Positions 13,374-30,687 of a stretch of 64,000 nucleotides of DNA are shown piece after piece. The stretch's first letter is position 1; each line of letters begins with the position of its first letter. The stretch comes from Eledone cirrhosa (taxonomy: Eukaryota): NCBI GenBank assembly GCA_964016885.1, contig OZ024742.1:285696001-285760000 (forward strand). The letters run 5' to 3'. The translations under genes were made by a program, and so were the position numbers. Below the pieces are notes generated by a model. It saw only the letters and a list, made by a program, of their open reading frames with translations. It searched no databases and was not told the origin of the DNA.

Positions 13374-13713
13374 ATATATATATATATATGCATATATATA
13401 TATACACGAGTTTTTCTGTCTCGCTGTATTTCTATTTCTGGATGTGCAAATACATGTCTGCCTCTGTATGTGTGTGTGTAAATGTTAATGTCTACCTGAC
13501 TATGTATATCTAATAAATTTCCACTATCTTAACACCATCTTAATGAATTGTTTATCTTTAATTATCTCACTGCAGGTCCAATTGACCGGTCATTGCCCCT
13601 TTTATGACCTCTATTATCTCTGCAAGTGATTCAGGTCACAATGAACGTATCCCAATGGTGTTACTTACATACACACATACATACACAATATATATATATA
13701 CATATACATGTGA

Positions 13714-13761
<48 letters not shown>

Positions 13762-14569
13762 GTAAGTATGTATACGTACATACATATATGTATACAGACG
13801 TACAGTAGTATGTATACATACATGCACACATATACATACTTACATTTAAGTATCAGCCGTACTAAGAGTGAGAAATGAAATTTCATTTCATTCTTTTCCA
13901 TTTATCGTTTCCGGTGCGCCCGGCCGACTAACCCACTCGATATGCAAATTAGGCTGCTCAGCCGTTAATATGCATAAGGAAAGTATATACTTTCAAACGT
14001 TCAATCATCTGACAGGAAGGTATACAATGCTGACGATAGCTAATAAGCTTGAAACTAGTACCTCGTTCCGTGTCAGTGTTGAGCAAAAAGGCGACGATGG
14101 TTGCCGAACACTGTACGGCGTAATTCGGGCTGTTTGTTTACAAACAAACCGAACATTATAATAAATGTTCGGTAAACCCATACATACATATGTGTGCATG
14201 TATGTATATATATACATACTACTGTACGTCTGTCTACATATATGTATGTACGTATACATACTTACATTTAAGTATCAGCCTGGACTAAATTAGAATCTTT
14301 AGCGTAGTAATAAATAGCCGAACTTTTCAAGGGGTAATTCTTTATATGGGAAGATTGCAGTTGTCAAAAGGATTGGTCAAAATTTCTTGTAAACACAGTT
14401 AAGTCTTTCATGGAGGTAGGTGGGAGGAGGGGGTGGCTGAATTTATCTGTAGAACAATGAGGGAGTGGGTGGAGCCGTCAATCGTTGAAAGTGAATTCTA
14501 TACAGCAAATTCTAAGGAGTGTGTATGAAATTAGACTAGGTAGAAAGCAGGCGAAAAAGAACCACTCAA

Positions 14570-15866
14570 TAATCCATGACATAAATCTAGATGGACAACA
14601 AATTACCTCCAGGCTTGGGGTCGCCGACCGCACTGAACCTCTCGACCCACTGACTCCCTTCTTCACCCTGAAGGACCATAAATTCGACTTCGACTGCAAA
14701 CCATCCATCAGGCTTATAAACCCGACGAAGTCGGATATAGGGAGAATCAGTAAAAAGATCCTAGACCGCGTTATACCAAAAGTTAAGCAAAACGCGAGAC
14801 TTAGCCTTTTGGTCAGCACCCAGGAAGTCATCTCATGGTTCAGGAATATTGAGGACAAACGGGACACCAAATTCATCCAGTTCGACATAGAGAGCTATTA
14901 CGCCTCTATTACCTTACGGCCGCTTTGGACTTTGCCAAAACACTCACACACATTACCGACCAGGAAAGAAACATCATTCTCCACGCCAAGAAGACAGTCC
15001 TCCTTTTCGACAACTCCAAGTGGATAAAGAGAGCTCCCGACTCCCCTTTCGACGTCAGTATGGGCGCCACCGACTCAGCCGAGGTGACCGATCTGATAGA
15101 ATTATTCCTACTACATAAACTCACCGAAATGTTTCCTGCATTCGGCGGTGGATTGTACCGAGACGATGGGCTCCTTACCCTTAAAGGGTACAACCCCAGT
15201 AGTACAGACTGGGTCCGTAAACAAGTAATCAACTTCTTCCTGGACTGGTGATTTAAAATCACCCTACAAACGTCCCTAACTCGAGTCAATTTCCTGGACG
15301 TTTCCCTCAACCTCGAAAATGATCTGTACTACCCATACAGGAAACCAAACGACAACCTTCACTACATCCACCGCCGCTCTAACCATCCTAGAAACATCAC
15401 CAATAACATGGTTGAAAACATCTCCCTCCACATATCTCGTTTGTCCGCTAATGAGCAGATATTCGATGAACATGAGCCTTATTACAACCAGGCCCCCAAA
15501 CGAAGAGGCTTTCGGGAGGAAATATCCTTTGATCCAGCTTCCCTTAGCGGAACCAGCAGGCGACGTCGCAGCTCACGCCACGTAACGTGGTTTAACCCTC
15601 CCCACAATGCCGAGGTGGCAACACCAATCGGGAAAATCTTCTTTAGGCTCCTCGAAAAACACTTCCCACCACAACACCGCTACCACAACATAATCAACAA
15701 AAACACCATCAAACTCTCCTACAGCACCACACCCAACTTCGCACAAAACATCGCCTCCTCAAACAACAAGAAACTCAACTCCTATGGAAGAAACAACCTA
15801 GATATTAGTGGAGAGCCGACCAGGATGTGTAACTGCCCTGATAGATCTACGTGCCCCCTGAATTGA
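14570..15866 (+). pseudogene. PLE reverse transcriptase fragment (GLYRDD/WFNPP-type family B), frameshifted, truncated before GIY-YIG
   Basis: FFTLKDHK, RLINPTKSDIGRISKKILD, FIQFDIESYY, FDVSMGATDSAEV, GLYRDDGL, VTWFNPP, IKLSYS, CNC..CPL. Confidence 0.85.
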
Positions 15867-16155
15867 GCTCTGCCGTCGGGGTTAAACATTTTCCTATATA
15901 TATAGAAAGAGAGAGAGAGAGAGTATTTACGTTGCATACCTGACCCTGTGCGAATCGACAATGGTAAGGTTGTAACCACATCTTGTAACGGATAAAAAAA
16001 TTGTCCGGGAAAGACTGCCCTAACACCGGCCAGAGTTACCTCCTTGACCTACTGCAAAATCAAAACACGCTTTTTTGCGAAGAATGAACTCTGACGTGAA
16101 CTTATCTCCAAAAACACTTTCCGGGCCATGTAAGGAACACTTTTTAGTTATTTAT

Positions 16156-16195
16156 GCCCTTGAGAAGCCCATCCGGGCGAAACGTACGTAGGTGC
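16156..16195 (+). ncRNA. Hammerhead motif with U3-A8 core (TTGAGAA)
   Basis: GCCC-TTGAGAA-GCCC ATCC GGGC-GAAA-CGTACG-TA-GGTGC then AATAAA, downstream of the family B PLE fragment. Confidence 0.6.
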
Positions 16196-16333
16196 TGTTT
16201 TAAATAAACATGTTGTAACGGTCTGTTCTCATATTTCTTATTTTTCCACGTATATATATATATATATATATGTATAGAAAATATTACCCTTTCTTATTTA
16301 TAATTGAATATAGATTATATATATGAGTATAAA

Positions 16334-16382
<49 letters not shown>

Positions 16383-16906
16383 TACATATATATATATACA
16401 TATATGCATATATATATATATGTATGCATTCATATAGACACATATATGTATAGATATACACAAACACACACATATATGTATGTATAGATATATGCATAGA
16501 TACATAGGTGCAACACCTGTTTTATCATGTCTTTTCCCCATTTTTCCTTTCTCTCTTTCGTGTATCCTCCTATTTCTTCTATTCTCTACCAAACACTGTC
16601 TTCTCTTTCTCATTCTATCTTCTGGTGAAGGACTATCGTCCAAAACGGTAAGACTCTTTTCCTACTATGTCATATTATCATTGTATTGCATTATTATTCT
16701 CTTTTTGTGAAAAGCTTTTACAATTTATATATTAATTATGAAATAATCGAAAAATCTGAGTAAACTACCCTTAAAGACGGAAAAGTTTGGCGGACATGCC
16801 TACGTGAATCACACCATGCATCGGCTCTTTGGTGAGACTGAAGAACAATTCAACTAGTTTCACCTGACATCTGAAAGCTCATCAGGTGTGTTCACTATAT
16901 TCGTTC

Positions 16907-17080
<174 letters not shown>

Positions 17081-17117
17081 CGAGAGAGGGGGGATATATA
17101 TATAAATATATATATAC

Positions 17118-17182
<65 letters not shown>

Positions 17183-17984
17183 CTTACCTCTACTAATGTA
17201 GAGGCAGGATTTATGCTGATCATGCTTCTATTGTTCATATGTTAGCGATCTTAACTGTCTCAGCAATCAGCAACCCCAGGTAAGGCTGAGTAAGCGAATC
17301 CTGAAAATGGCTCTAACGCATGTTGAATGCATTCAATGAATCGACAATCTCTCTTGCCCTCTCTCCCTCTCTGATTTAATCATGGTGTATACAAATTTGC
17401 TATGTCGTTAAAAACCTATTCATTATAATTATAACTGCAATTTTACTTGCAATTTTAATTGATACATGTATGTTATTAAGTACTTCAGTTGGTGCTAGTT
17501 ACCACGCCTTCCAGCATGCACATAAATCCAGATGTAAAGCATGCATGTGCTTAGATTACAGCCCCCCCCCCCCCCACACACACACACAATACACATAATG
17601 AATATTTATGAATTCTAGTTGAACTTACATTAAATTGATATACAGCGTGGTGCATAAAATATATATTTAGTAATTTAAGTAACTCCTATGCCGCCGACAA
17701 ATGCATATCATGCAAATATTAGGCTGGCCATTTCAGTTAAGTCCTAGTTTTGACATAAATAGCAATTGACTACATATTTCTTTGTGGATAGATCGAACAA
17801 ATATTTTTCAATCGCATTGAAACGTGTGTAGGAAATCTTTTACATTCGCTGTGTACAAAAAGAATAACAGATTGTTTTTCACTCTTAAATTTTCACTGCA
17901 AGCTTAGAAATACATACAACAGACATAGAAATACATACAACAGACACACCTATATTAGGTTTACTTTCTAATAAATATATGATA

Positions 17985-18350
17985 ATAATGATTTCTGATT
18001 TAGGCACAAGGCCAGCAATTTTAGGGGATCAAATTGACTCCAGTGCATTACTGGTGCTTTATTTTATCGACCCCGTAAAGATGAAAGGCAAATCTAGTAA
18101 GGATAAAAAGCAAAGCTAACCTCGCGGGATTTGAACAGAGAATATAAAGGGCCGTAACTCTATGCCTCAAAGCAGGGTGATGACGTTCTACCGACACTTC
18201 TATAGCTTTTGATTGAGGCAGAATGCCAGCAAATTTAGAGGAGAAGAAAGTCGATGAAATCGACCCAAGTGTGTTACTGGTACTTTATTTTATCGACCCC
18301 GTAAAGATGAAAGGCAAAGCTAACCTCGGAAGGATTTGAACTCACGATAT
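17985..18350 (+). mobile_element. Two tandem family S SINE copies
   Basis: Core ctggt..tttattttatcgaccccgtaaagatgaaaggcaaa occurs twice. Confidence 0.7.
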
Positions 18351-18606
18351 AGTGTCGGTATAACATCTGCCAAAGCAACAACCTTACGTATGATAATATT
18401 AAAACACAAGTATCGCGTGACAACCATTTTGTACTAGATTTCTCTGGGAAGTGGTAATTTGATATCATCCTTCTACCTCTTACAGGCAGTGTTGACAAGA
18501 AGGTTAGTGGTAGAGCAACAGATATCCATGCATCTATCTTCGAACAATAAAAGCAACATTTATCTATCTACTTATTCAACAACATACTCACTTCTATCTA
18601 TCTGTA

Positions 18607-18734
18607 CAAGGTGAACCAAAAGGAAAAATAATAATGTTTTTATAACAAACAATTTATTCATATATCATCTCTACATGGAAACTTAAAATGCAATTATTAT
18701 TTTCCCTATGTACTGCGACTCTTGGTCCACTCTG
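18607..18734. mobile_element. Tc1/mariner-type MITE
   Basis: TA|caaggtgaaccaaaag ... cttggtccactctg|TA: imperfect TIRs with TA flanks. Confidence 0.5.
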
Positions 18735-18737
18735 TAG

Positions 18738-21320
<2,583 letters not shown>

Positions 21321-21541
21321 TATATATATATATATATATGTAGATAAATCTACCAAAAGTTTACGGTAGTGTCCAATCCGTATGAAGAACTCAATGTAAT
21401 CCGGATATCATGGAAAGAAGAGATGCATTCAAAAATCACTTTCGGTGAAAGATAAACGGAATACAGAGTCAAGATAAAATAAAATATTAAAAAAATAATG
21501 AATAAAACAATGAAACAGTTCCTTATATTAAACAAAAAAAG

Positions 21542-21694
21542 TTCATTATTTAACGATCGTTTCTAGGACATATATGTGTTAGAATTGGCATGCATATTCA
21601 ACAGATCTATGTACAAAATTATACAAAATTATACAAACTATCAAATAGAATATACATACCAACACATACATATGCCGTCTTCAGAAATAATGAA
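21542..21694 (-). ncRNA. Type I hammerhead with long stem II (mirror of 28516-28668)
   Basis: Reverse complement of the 28516-28668 motif. Confidence 0.7.
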
Positions 21695-22308
21695 ATATAT
21701 TTATTGATAATAACAACAATTCAAAATTACAGGTCTGTTTGGGAACAGAGTTCAAATAGACCAATGAAATACACAAAAATATATCAAGAAAATACAGTTA
21801 GGTGTGTGTATATATGTAAGTAACTTCGTTCACAGATATGCATAAAAATGTATGTTCACATGCAAACGCATGTCGAAAAAATGTATGTAAATACAAAAAC
21901 TCAGGGCTAATGTCTCTGTATGTTTATAATCTACAGACAAAATACACATACGTATACATACATATATACACTCATATATACACACATATACATACATTCA
22001 TACACACACACGCATATACACATAAACATACACCTACCCACGAACATACACACACACACACATACACACACACACATACGTATATATTATTATTATAACT
22101 ATATGGATATTGAGGCGCACACATAAACACTGCCACATATACTTACATCTAGATACAGAACTAAAAATAGGTAAAGGGAGTCAGTAATTACAGAGGGTGT
22201 CAGACACAGCCTATTTATAAAAATGTATCTATAAATTTAGAAATAAAAAGAAATATATTAAAAGAAATAAACAAGTAAAATATATACTCATACATAAAAT
22301 ACACACCG

Positions 22309-22403
<95 letters not shown>

Positions 22404-22587
22404 TATAGATACATATACATATATAAACATACACATACACATACATACACACATATATATATACACATATACTCACAACACACATATATATACACATATA
22501 TGTACACACACATACACACATACATACACATACATATATATATACACACATACATATACGTATATATACATACACATACACATATCC

Positions 22588-22631
<44 letters not shown>

Positions 22632-22725
22632 ATAAATACACACAGTCAGACAACTATGCACATATATACACATACATACACACATCTCTACAAATATATA
22701 TACACATACACATACATACACACAC

Positions 22726-22794
<69 letters not shown>

Positions 22795-23938
22795 TATATA
22801 TATATATACAATCATACACACTTATTTACATGCGCACATATGTATTTTTATACTCACATACAAACACCCAAACATACATACATACTTACATACACATACA
22901 TACATCCACGCTTACAAATACGAATAATTATAGGAGGGGGGGGGGGGAGGGGATTAAAATTATTAGTGGGAAATAGTAAATATAGGTTTCAAGGAACATA
23001 GAATATTAATCTGCATTTAGATTATAATATGTGTTTACATAGTAGTTTCAGTATTAGGAAATGTAAGAAAGAAGGCAAAATTATGCATTTTAATATAAGT
23101 AGACTATTAATTATAGCTTAACTAAATTAAAAATAGTTAATATATTGATTTCTAAGGTGTATACTACTTAGGTTTATAATATTTAAAGCGGAATTTTGAA
23201 GTTAAACAGTAGTAGAGTATTAATTATAGCATAACTAAATTAAAAATATTAACATTATGGTATCAATTTTAGGAAATGAATTTAGTAATAGGGAAAACCA
23301 AATCAAGTATTTCATCGGTAGTAGAATATAAATTATAGGTTAACTAAACTAAAAATTATATATTAATTTCTATAGTATATGTTAATTAGGTTTATAATAA
23401 TTAAAGCAGATTTTGTATTTTATCTATAGTAGAATATAATTATAGGTTAACAAAAATTAAAATTAATCTATATATTTATTTGTAAAGAATATATTAATTA
23501 GGTATATATTTAAAAGTTTTTCTCAGTTTATGATTACATGATATTCTGCAATCCATCTGTATTAAAATTTTAATTTTAAGCTAACTAAATTAAAATTATA
23601 GGTTAACTAAATTAAAATTAATTTATAAATTAATTTCTAAATTGTACATTAATTAGGTTTATAATATTAAAAAGTATTTCTCTGTTATTGATTACACGAT
23701 ATTTTGTTATATTTCATCTGTAAAGGAATTTTAATAAAAGGTTAAATAAACTAAAATTAATCTATAAATTAATTTCCAAAGTATATATTAATTATGTTAA
23801 TAATATTTAAAAGTTTTTCACAATTTATGATTACACAATATTTTTTAATCTTATCTGTAGTAGAATTTTAATTAAATTAAAATTATAGGTTAACTACATT
23901 TAAATTAAATTATATATTAATTTCTAAAATATATATTA

Positions 23939-25556
23939 TTAATTAGGTTTATAATATTTAAATGTTTTTCTCAGTTTATGATTACACGATATAATTAATT
24001 CCTGTCGCTTATTTAATAGGATATCCTTAGATTTCATTATTTCAAATAGTTCTTGGGAACACAATCTACATTCATTTCTATTATTTTGATAAGGGGTGGC
24101 TCTTTTGAGCACACTCCAGGTCATATCATATTCTATATTCTTATTTCTATAACTATTAATTTTTTTTCTGCTAGAGATGTTGTATTAGCCAGTGCGGCAT
24201 TTTTAAAACTATGTTTGTGGGTATTAAACCTTACCTTAAAATTGTTAGAAGTAGCTCCTATATATGAGCAAATAGAATCTTTAGTTTTAACTTTACATTT
24301 ATAAACTATGTTGTTAACAAGACAATTTCCTTTTAATGGGCAGTTTACTTTGTTTCTACAGTTACAACCTTTCGTTAATTCTGTATTTGAGGAGATATTA
24401 TGGTTAGTTTGATGTATTGGTGGTATACTTATGGTTTTTTTACATTTATATGCATTATAGGCACTTATATTTTGTTTTATGTTTTTGGTTGTTGAGTATG
24501 AGAATATAACTGTTGATCTATTTAAGATTTGATGGTATTTGTGGTTTGGCGGGAAGTTTTTCTCTAGGATATAACAAATTTTTTTAGCAATATTATCCTT
24601 AATTTGTAAATTAAATGGAGCATTATACCAAGTAACTCGTCTATTACGGTTTCTATGTTGTTTATTATTTTTATAGGTTGCATCGTGATGTTTACTAGGA
24701 GGATTAATGTTAATGACCTCACCACGCACATTTTTAGTTAGATTTATTGATTTAGGTGTTATATCTTGTTTATTAGGAGTTTTATTATTAACATTTATTA
24801 GAGTTGCATGATGAGTAGTTTTTTGAGAGTTACTATACTTTATATTAGAGGAGTTAGAGAAATTGGTTTTATGTTGGTATTTTGGGGTATAGTATGAGTG
24901 GCATTTAGGTGTGTACTTTTCATTTGGTGTTTGTTGGTAATATGAGGTTGTATGTTTATAGTGTTTTTAGTAGAAGGTATATATTCCAATCTATTTTTGT
25001 GGCCACTTCTATCTAGAGCTTCGTTATAGAAGGTCGCATTTTTATCAAATACATCTTGGTTAGACGAAAGGTTAGAAATTCTAAGTGATATATTATATGC
25101 AAGGTTTTTAAGGATAGATTTAGGGTGATTAGATTGTGAGTGTATGTAGTGTAAGTTTTGGTTGGGTTTATGGTAAGGTTGGTAGATACCCGTAGCTAAG
25201 TCTAAAGTTATATCTAGGAAATTAACTACTTTACTTGTGTTTTCAAAAGTAATATGAAGACTATAATAGTCTTTAAGGAAAGTTCTAATAAGCTTTTTGT
25301 TTTTTTCTATTTCTGAGAGGCTAAGGTTGTTGGAAAGAAGAAGACAGTCATCACGATATAAACCACCTTTAAGGTGGGGAAAGGAAGCATTTATGTTAAA
25401 AAGAAGAAAGAGGCCCACAAGATCAGTAATTTGGGTAGAATCGCTTGAACCCATAGTAATATCAAATAGATTACTATATGTGTTTCTGGTCCAGTATTCA
25501 TTCTGAAATTCAATAAGTGTTAGTCTAGCATGTGTAATAATATTAATGTCATCCAA
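23939..25556 (-). pseudogene. PLE RT plus GIY-YIG, frameshifted and 5'-truncated
   Basis: FDITMGSSDS, GLYRDDCL, VNFLDITLDL, YHKPN, VTWYNAPF, CNCRNKVNCPLKGNCLVNNIVYKC..YIGATSNNFKVRF, CRLC..E. Confidence 0.88.
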
Positions 25557-25969
25557 AGTTAAGTTAGATCTATTTGTAACTGTAGAAACTGTTGTAACTG
25601 TAGAAACAAAGCAAACTGCCCATTAAAAGGAAATTGTCTTGTTAACAACATAGTTTATAAATGTAAAGTTAAAACTAAAGATTCTATTTGCTCATATATA
25701 GGAGCTACTTCTAACAATTTTAAGGTAAGGTTTAATACCCACAAACATAGTTTTAAAAATGCCGCACTGGCTAATACAACATCTCTAGCAGAAAAAATTA
25801 ATAGTTATAGAAATAAGAATATAGAATATGATATGACCTGGAGTGTGCTCAAAAGAGCCACCCCTTATCAAAATAATAGAAATGGATGTAGATTGTGTTC
25901 CCAAGAACTATTTGAAATAATGAAATCTAAGGATATCCTATTAAATAAGCGACAGGAATTAATTATATC

Positions 25970-26865
25970 GTGTAATCATAAACTGAGAAAAACATTTAAA
26001 TATTATAAACCTAATTAATAATATATATTTTAGAAATTAATATATAATTTAATTTAAATGTAGTTAACCTATAATTTTAATTTAATTAAAATTCTACTAC
26101 AGATAAGATTAAAAAATATTGTGTAATCATAAATTGTGAAAAACTTTTAAATATTATTAACATAATTAATATATACTTTGGAAATTAATTTATAGATTAA
26201 TTTTAGTTTATTTAACCTTTTATTAAAATTCCTTTACAGATGAAATATAACAAAATATCGTGTAATCAATAACAGAGAAATACTTTTTAATATTATAAAC
26301 CTAATTAATGTACAATTTAGAAATTAATTTATAAATTAATTTTAATTTAGTTAACCTATAATTTTAATTTAGTTAGCTTAAAATTAAAATTTTAATACAG
26401 ATGGATTGCAGAATATCATGTAATCATAAACTGAGAAAAACTTTTAAATATATACCTAATTAATATATTCTTTACAAATAAATATATAGATTCATTTTAA
26501 TTTTTGTTAACCTATAATTATATTCTACTATAGATAAAATACAAAATCTGCTTTAATTATTATAAACCTAATTAACATATACTATAGAAATTAATATATA
26601 ATTTTTAGTTTAGTTAACCTATAATTTATATTCTACTACCGATGAAATACTTGATTTGGTTTTCCCTATTACTAAATTCATTTCCTAAAATTGATACCAT
26701 AATGTTAATATTTTTAATTTAGTTATGCTATAATTAATACTCTACTACTGTTTAACTTCAAAATTCCGCTTTAAATATTATAAACCTAAGTAGTATACAC
26801 CTTAGAAATCAATATATTAACTATTTTTAATTTAGTTAAGCTATAATTAATAGTCTACTTATATT
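25970..26865 (+). repeat. Degenerate tandem repeats (~100-160 bp, about 6 units) built from the PLE ORF end and 3' UTR; mirror at about 23090-23990
   Basis: Recurring gtaatcataaac..aaatattataaacctaattaat..tagaaattaat..agttaacctataatt..ttctacta. Confidence 0.65.
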
Positions 26866-27140
26866 AAAATGCATAATTTTGCCTTCTTTCTTACATTTCC
26901 TAATACTGAAACTACTATGTAAACACATATTATGATCTAAATGCAGATTAATATTCTATGTTCTTTGAAACCTATATTTACTATTTCCCACTAATAATTT
27001 TAATCCCCTTCCCCCCCCCCTATAATTATTTGTATTTGTAAGCGTGGATGTATGTATGTGTATGTAAGTATGTATGTATGTTTGGGTGTTTGTATGTGAG
27101 TATAAAAATACATATGTGCGCATGTAAATAAGTGTGTATG

Positions 27141-27275
<135 letters not shown>

Positions 27276-27370
27276 GTGTGTGTATGTATGTGTATGTGTA
27301 TATATATTTGTAGAGATGTGTGTATGTATGTGTATATATGTGCATAATTGTCTGACTGTGTGTATTTATT

Positions 27371-27452
<82 letters not shown>

Positions 27453-27829
27453 ATGTGTGTGTGTATATATATTTATGTGTATGTATATATCTATATATAT
27501 ATATGTGTGTATGTATATCTCTATATTTATGTATGTCCGAGTTGTGTGTGAGCGTGTGGTTGTATGTGTATATATATATACATGGATATGTGTATGTGTA
27601 TGTATATATACGTATATGTATGTGTGTGTGTGTATATATATGTGCGTGTATGTATATATATATGTGTGTATATATATATGTGTATATATATGTGTGTATA
27701 TATATATGTATGTGTATGTATGTGTGTATGTGTGTGTACATATATGTGTATATATATGTGTGTTGTGAGTATATGTGTATATATATATGTGTGTATGTAT
27801 GTGTATGTGTATGTTTATATATGTATATG

Positions 27830-27888
<59 letters not shown>

Positions 27889-28515
27889 GTGTATATCGGT
27901 GTGTATTTTATGTATGAGTATATATTTTACTTGTTTATTTCTTTTAATATATTTCTTTTTATTTCTAAATTTATAGATACATTTTTATAAATAGGCTGTT
28001 GTCTGACACCCTCTGTAATTACTGACTCCCTTTACCTATTTTTAGTTCTGCATCTAGATGTAAGTATATGTGGCAGTGTTTATGTGTGCGCCTCAATATC
28101 CATATAGTTATAATAATAATATATACGTATGTGTGTGTGTGTGTGTATGTGTGTCTGTGTGTATGTTCGTGGGTATGTGTATGTTTATGTGTATATGCGT
28201 GTGTGTGTATGAATGTATGTATATGTGTGTATATATGAGTGTATATATGTATGTATACGTATGTGTATTTTGTCTGTAGATTATAAACATACAGAGACAT
28301 TAGCCCTGAGTTTTTGTATTTACATACATTTTTTCGACATGCGTATGCATGTGAACATACATTTTTATGCATATCTGTGAACGAAGTTACTTACATATAT
28401 ACACACACCTAACTGTATTTTCTTGATATATTTTTGTGTATTTCATTGGTCTATTTGAACTCTGTTCCCAAACAGACCTGTAATTTTGAATTGTTGTTAT
28501 TATCAATAAATATAT

Positions 28516-28668
28516 TTCATTATTTCTGAAGACGGCATATGTATGTGTTGGTATGTATATTCTATTTGATAGTTTGTATAATTTTGTATAATTTTGTACA
28601 TAGATCTGTTGAATATGCATGCCAATTCTAACACATATATGTCCTAGAAACGATCGTTAAATAATGAA
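28516..28668 (+). ncRNA. Type I hammerhead with 114-nt extended stem II
   Basis: TTCATTATTT-CTGAAGA-[114 nt]-GAAA-CGATCG-TT-AAATAATGAA: perfect 10-bp stem I and palindromic stem III. Confidence 0.7.
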
Positions 28669-28728
28669 CTTTTTTTGTTTAATATAAGGAACTGTTTCAT
28701 TGTTTTATTCATTATTTTTTTAATATTT

Positions 28729-28802
<74 letters not shown>

Positions 28803-28970
28803 AGTAAGAATATTTTCGAAACAGCGAATTGGTTTGAAATTACTAGAAATATAAGCTATCGCCGTATTTTGACTAAAGAAATTAAAGAAATTATTTAGCC
28901 TGATAGTGGGGTTAAGAACCCTCGGAGAAATGGAAAACGATGAGTATTGACGCATATATATCTCTCTCTC

Positions 28971-29041
<71 letters not shown>

Positions 29042-29122
29042 GGTAAACAGAAATAACAACACAATCAGTACAGTATATGAAAGGTATATATTAGGTTAAC
29101 GCTTGATATAGCAGGACGAGGG

Positions 29123-29158
29123 TCTTAACGTTTCAGACGCTAGTCTTTCATCAGAAGA
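29123..29158 (-). ncRNA. Minimal hammerhead motif
   Basis: Reverse complement TCTT-CTGATGA-A-AGAC TAGC GTCT-GAAA-CG-TT-AAGA. Confidence 0.65.
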
Positions 29159-29494
29159 AAGAATGAGAAATAAAATAGATTGAGCGTACGGGCGAGATGG
29201 AATTTGAAAAAATGTCTTTAGATAAAAATAACAGGTCCATTCATGTTGACATCTCTTGCAAAACTGTTGGTGGTGGCGTTTTGTGTATGATTTGTTTTTT
29301 TAGAAAAGTGGATGATGGAGCGCGTCTACCTGAAATGGAAAAAAAAAAACGTTTTGTAAAAAGAGCTATACTTGAGCACGTGTGTGTCTGTGTGTCTGTG
29401 TGTGTGTTATTATAGGTCCCTACGAAGCTAAGAAGAAATTTTTGTGTATATGTGAGTAAAAGAGTGTGTGTGCATGTTCTATACCTACACTAAA

Positions 29495-29530
<36 letters not shown>

Positions 29531-29877
29531 CATATATATCTATACATATACATATATACGTTTTGAAATTCAAATTTGTCTGCGGAACAGGTTTGGATTT
29601 TGAGATTTAAATTTGTCGAGGTATCACGGTTATTGCCAATATGGGTTTGTTTTTATTGATTTATTATTTTTATTATTTTAAATCGAGACAGGCAAACTAT
29701 ATTTATTTGAATTAGTTTATTTCATTCTAGCTAACTTAGTCATTTACAATACCAACACTTATGTGTTTATCATATATTAATTTATATTACTTGTATTTCA
29801 CGGCTCAGAAATGCTTCTTTCTTTGAGCTAATTAATTGTAAAGGACTGCTTGAGTTTATAACTCTAAATATAATATA

Positions 29878-29974
<97 letters not shown>

Positions 29975-29978
29975 AATG

Positions 29979-30029
<51 letters not shown>

Positions 30030-30062
30030 GTATTTATATATATATGTATATATATGTATATA

Positions 30063-30093
<31 letters not shown>

Positions 30094-30175
30094 TTAGTGT
30101 AGGTATAGAACATGCACACAGACTATTTTACTCACATATACACACACATTTCTTCTTAGCTTCGTAGGGACCTAT

Positions 30176-30370
<195 letters not shown>

Positions 30371-30381
30371 CATATACATAC

Positions 30382-30430
<49 letters not shown>

Positions 30431-30457
30431 CATATATATACACATACATATATATAT

Positions 30458-30560
30458 ATCTTGCTCAAGGACACAGCGAATCAACCGGTCCGTGAATCGA
30501 ATTCACAACCTCTGATTTACAAGCCTAACGCTCTCACCACTAAGCCATGCGCCTTCACCA
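30458..30560 (-). mobile_element. tRNA-head SINE fragment
   Basis: Reverse complement ggcgcatggcttagtggtgagagcgttaggc..ggttgtgaattcgattc..gtgtccttgagcaaga (A/B-box-like). Relatives lie at about 37845-37980, 48133-48255 and 48525-48680(-). Confidence 0.6.
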
Positions 30561-30610
30561 TTCACTCACACACACGCACGCACACACACACACACACACA
30601 TATATATATA

Positions 30611-30687
30611 CAGGGTGTCTCTAAAAAATGTAAGCACATATTTATTAGAATGCTGTTGAAGTGTGTATACATTTTTGGGACACCCTA
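30611..30687. mobile_element. Tiny Tc1/mariner-type MITE
   Basis: TA|cagggtgtctctaaaaaatgta ... tacatttttgggacaccct, inside a (TA)n run. Confidence 0.65.
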
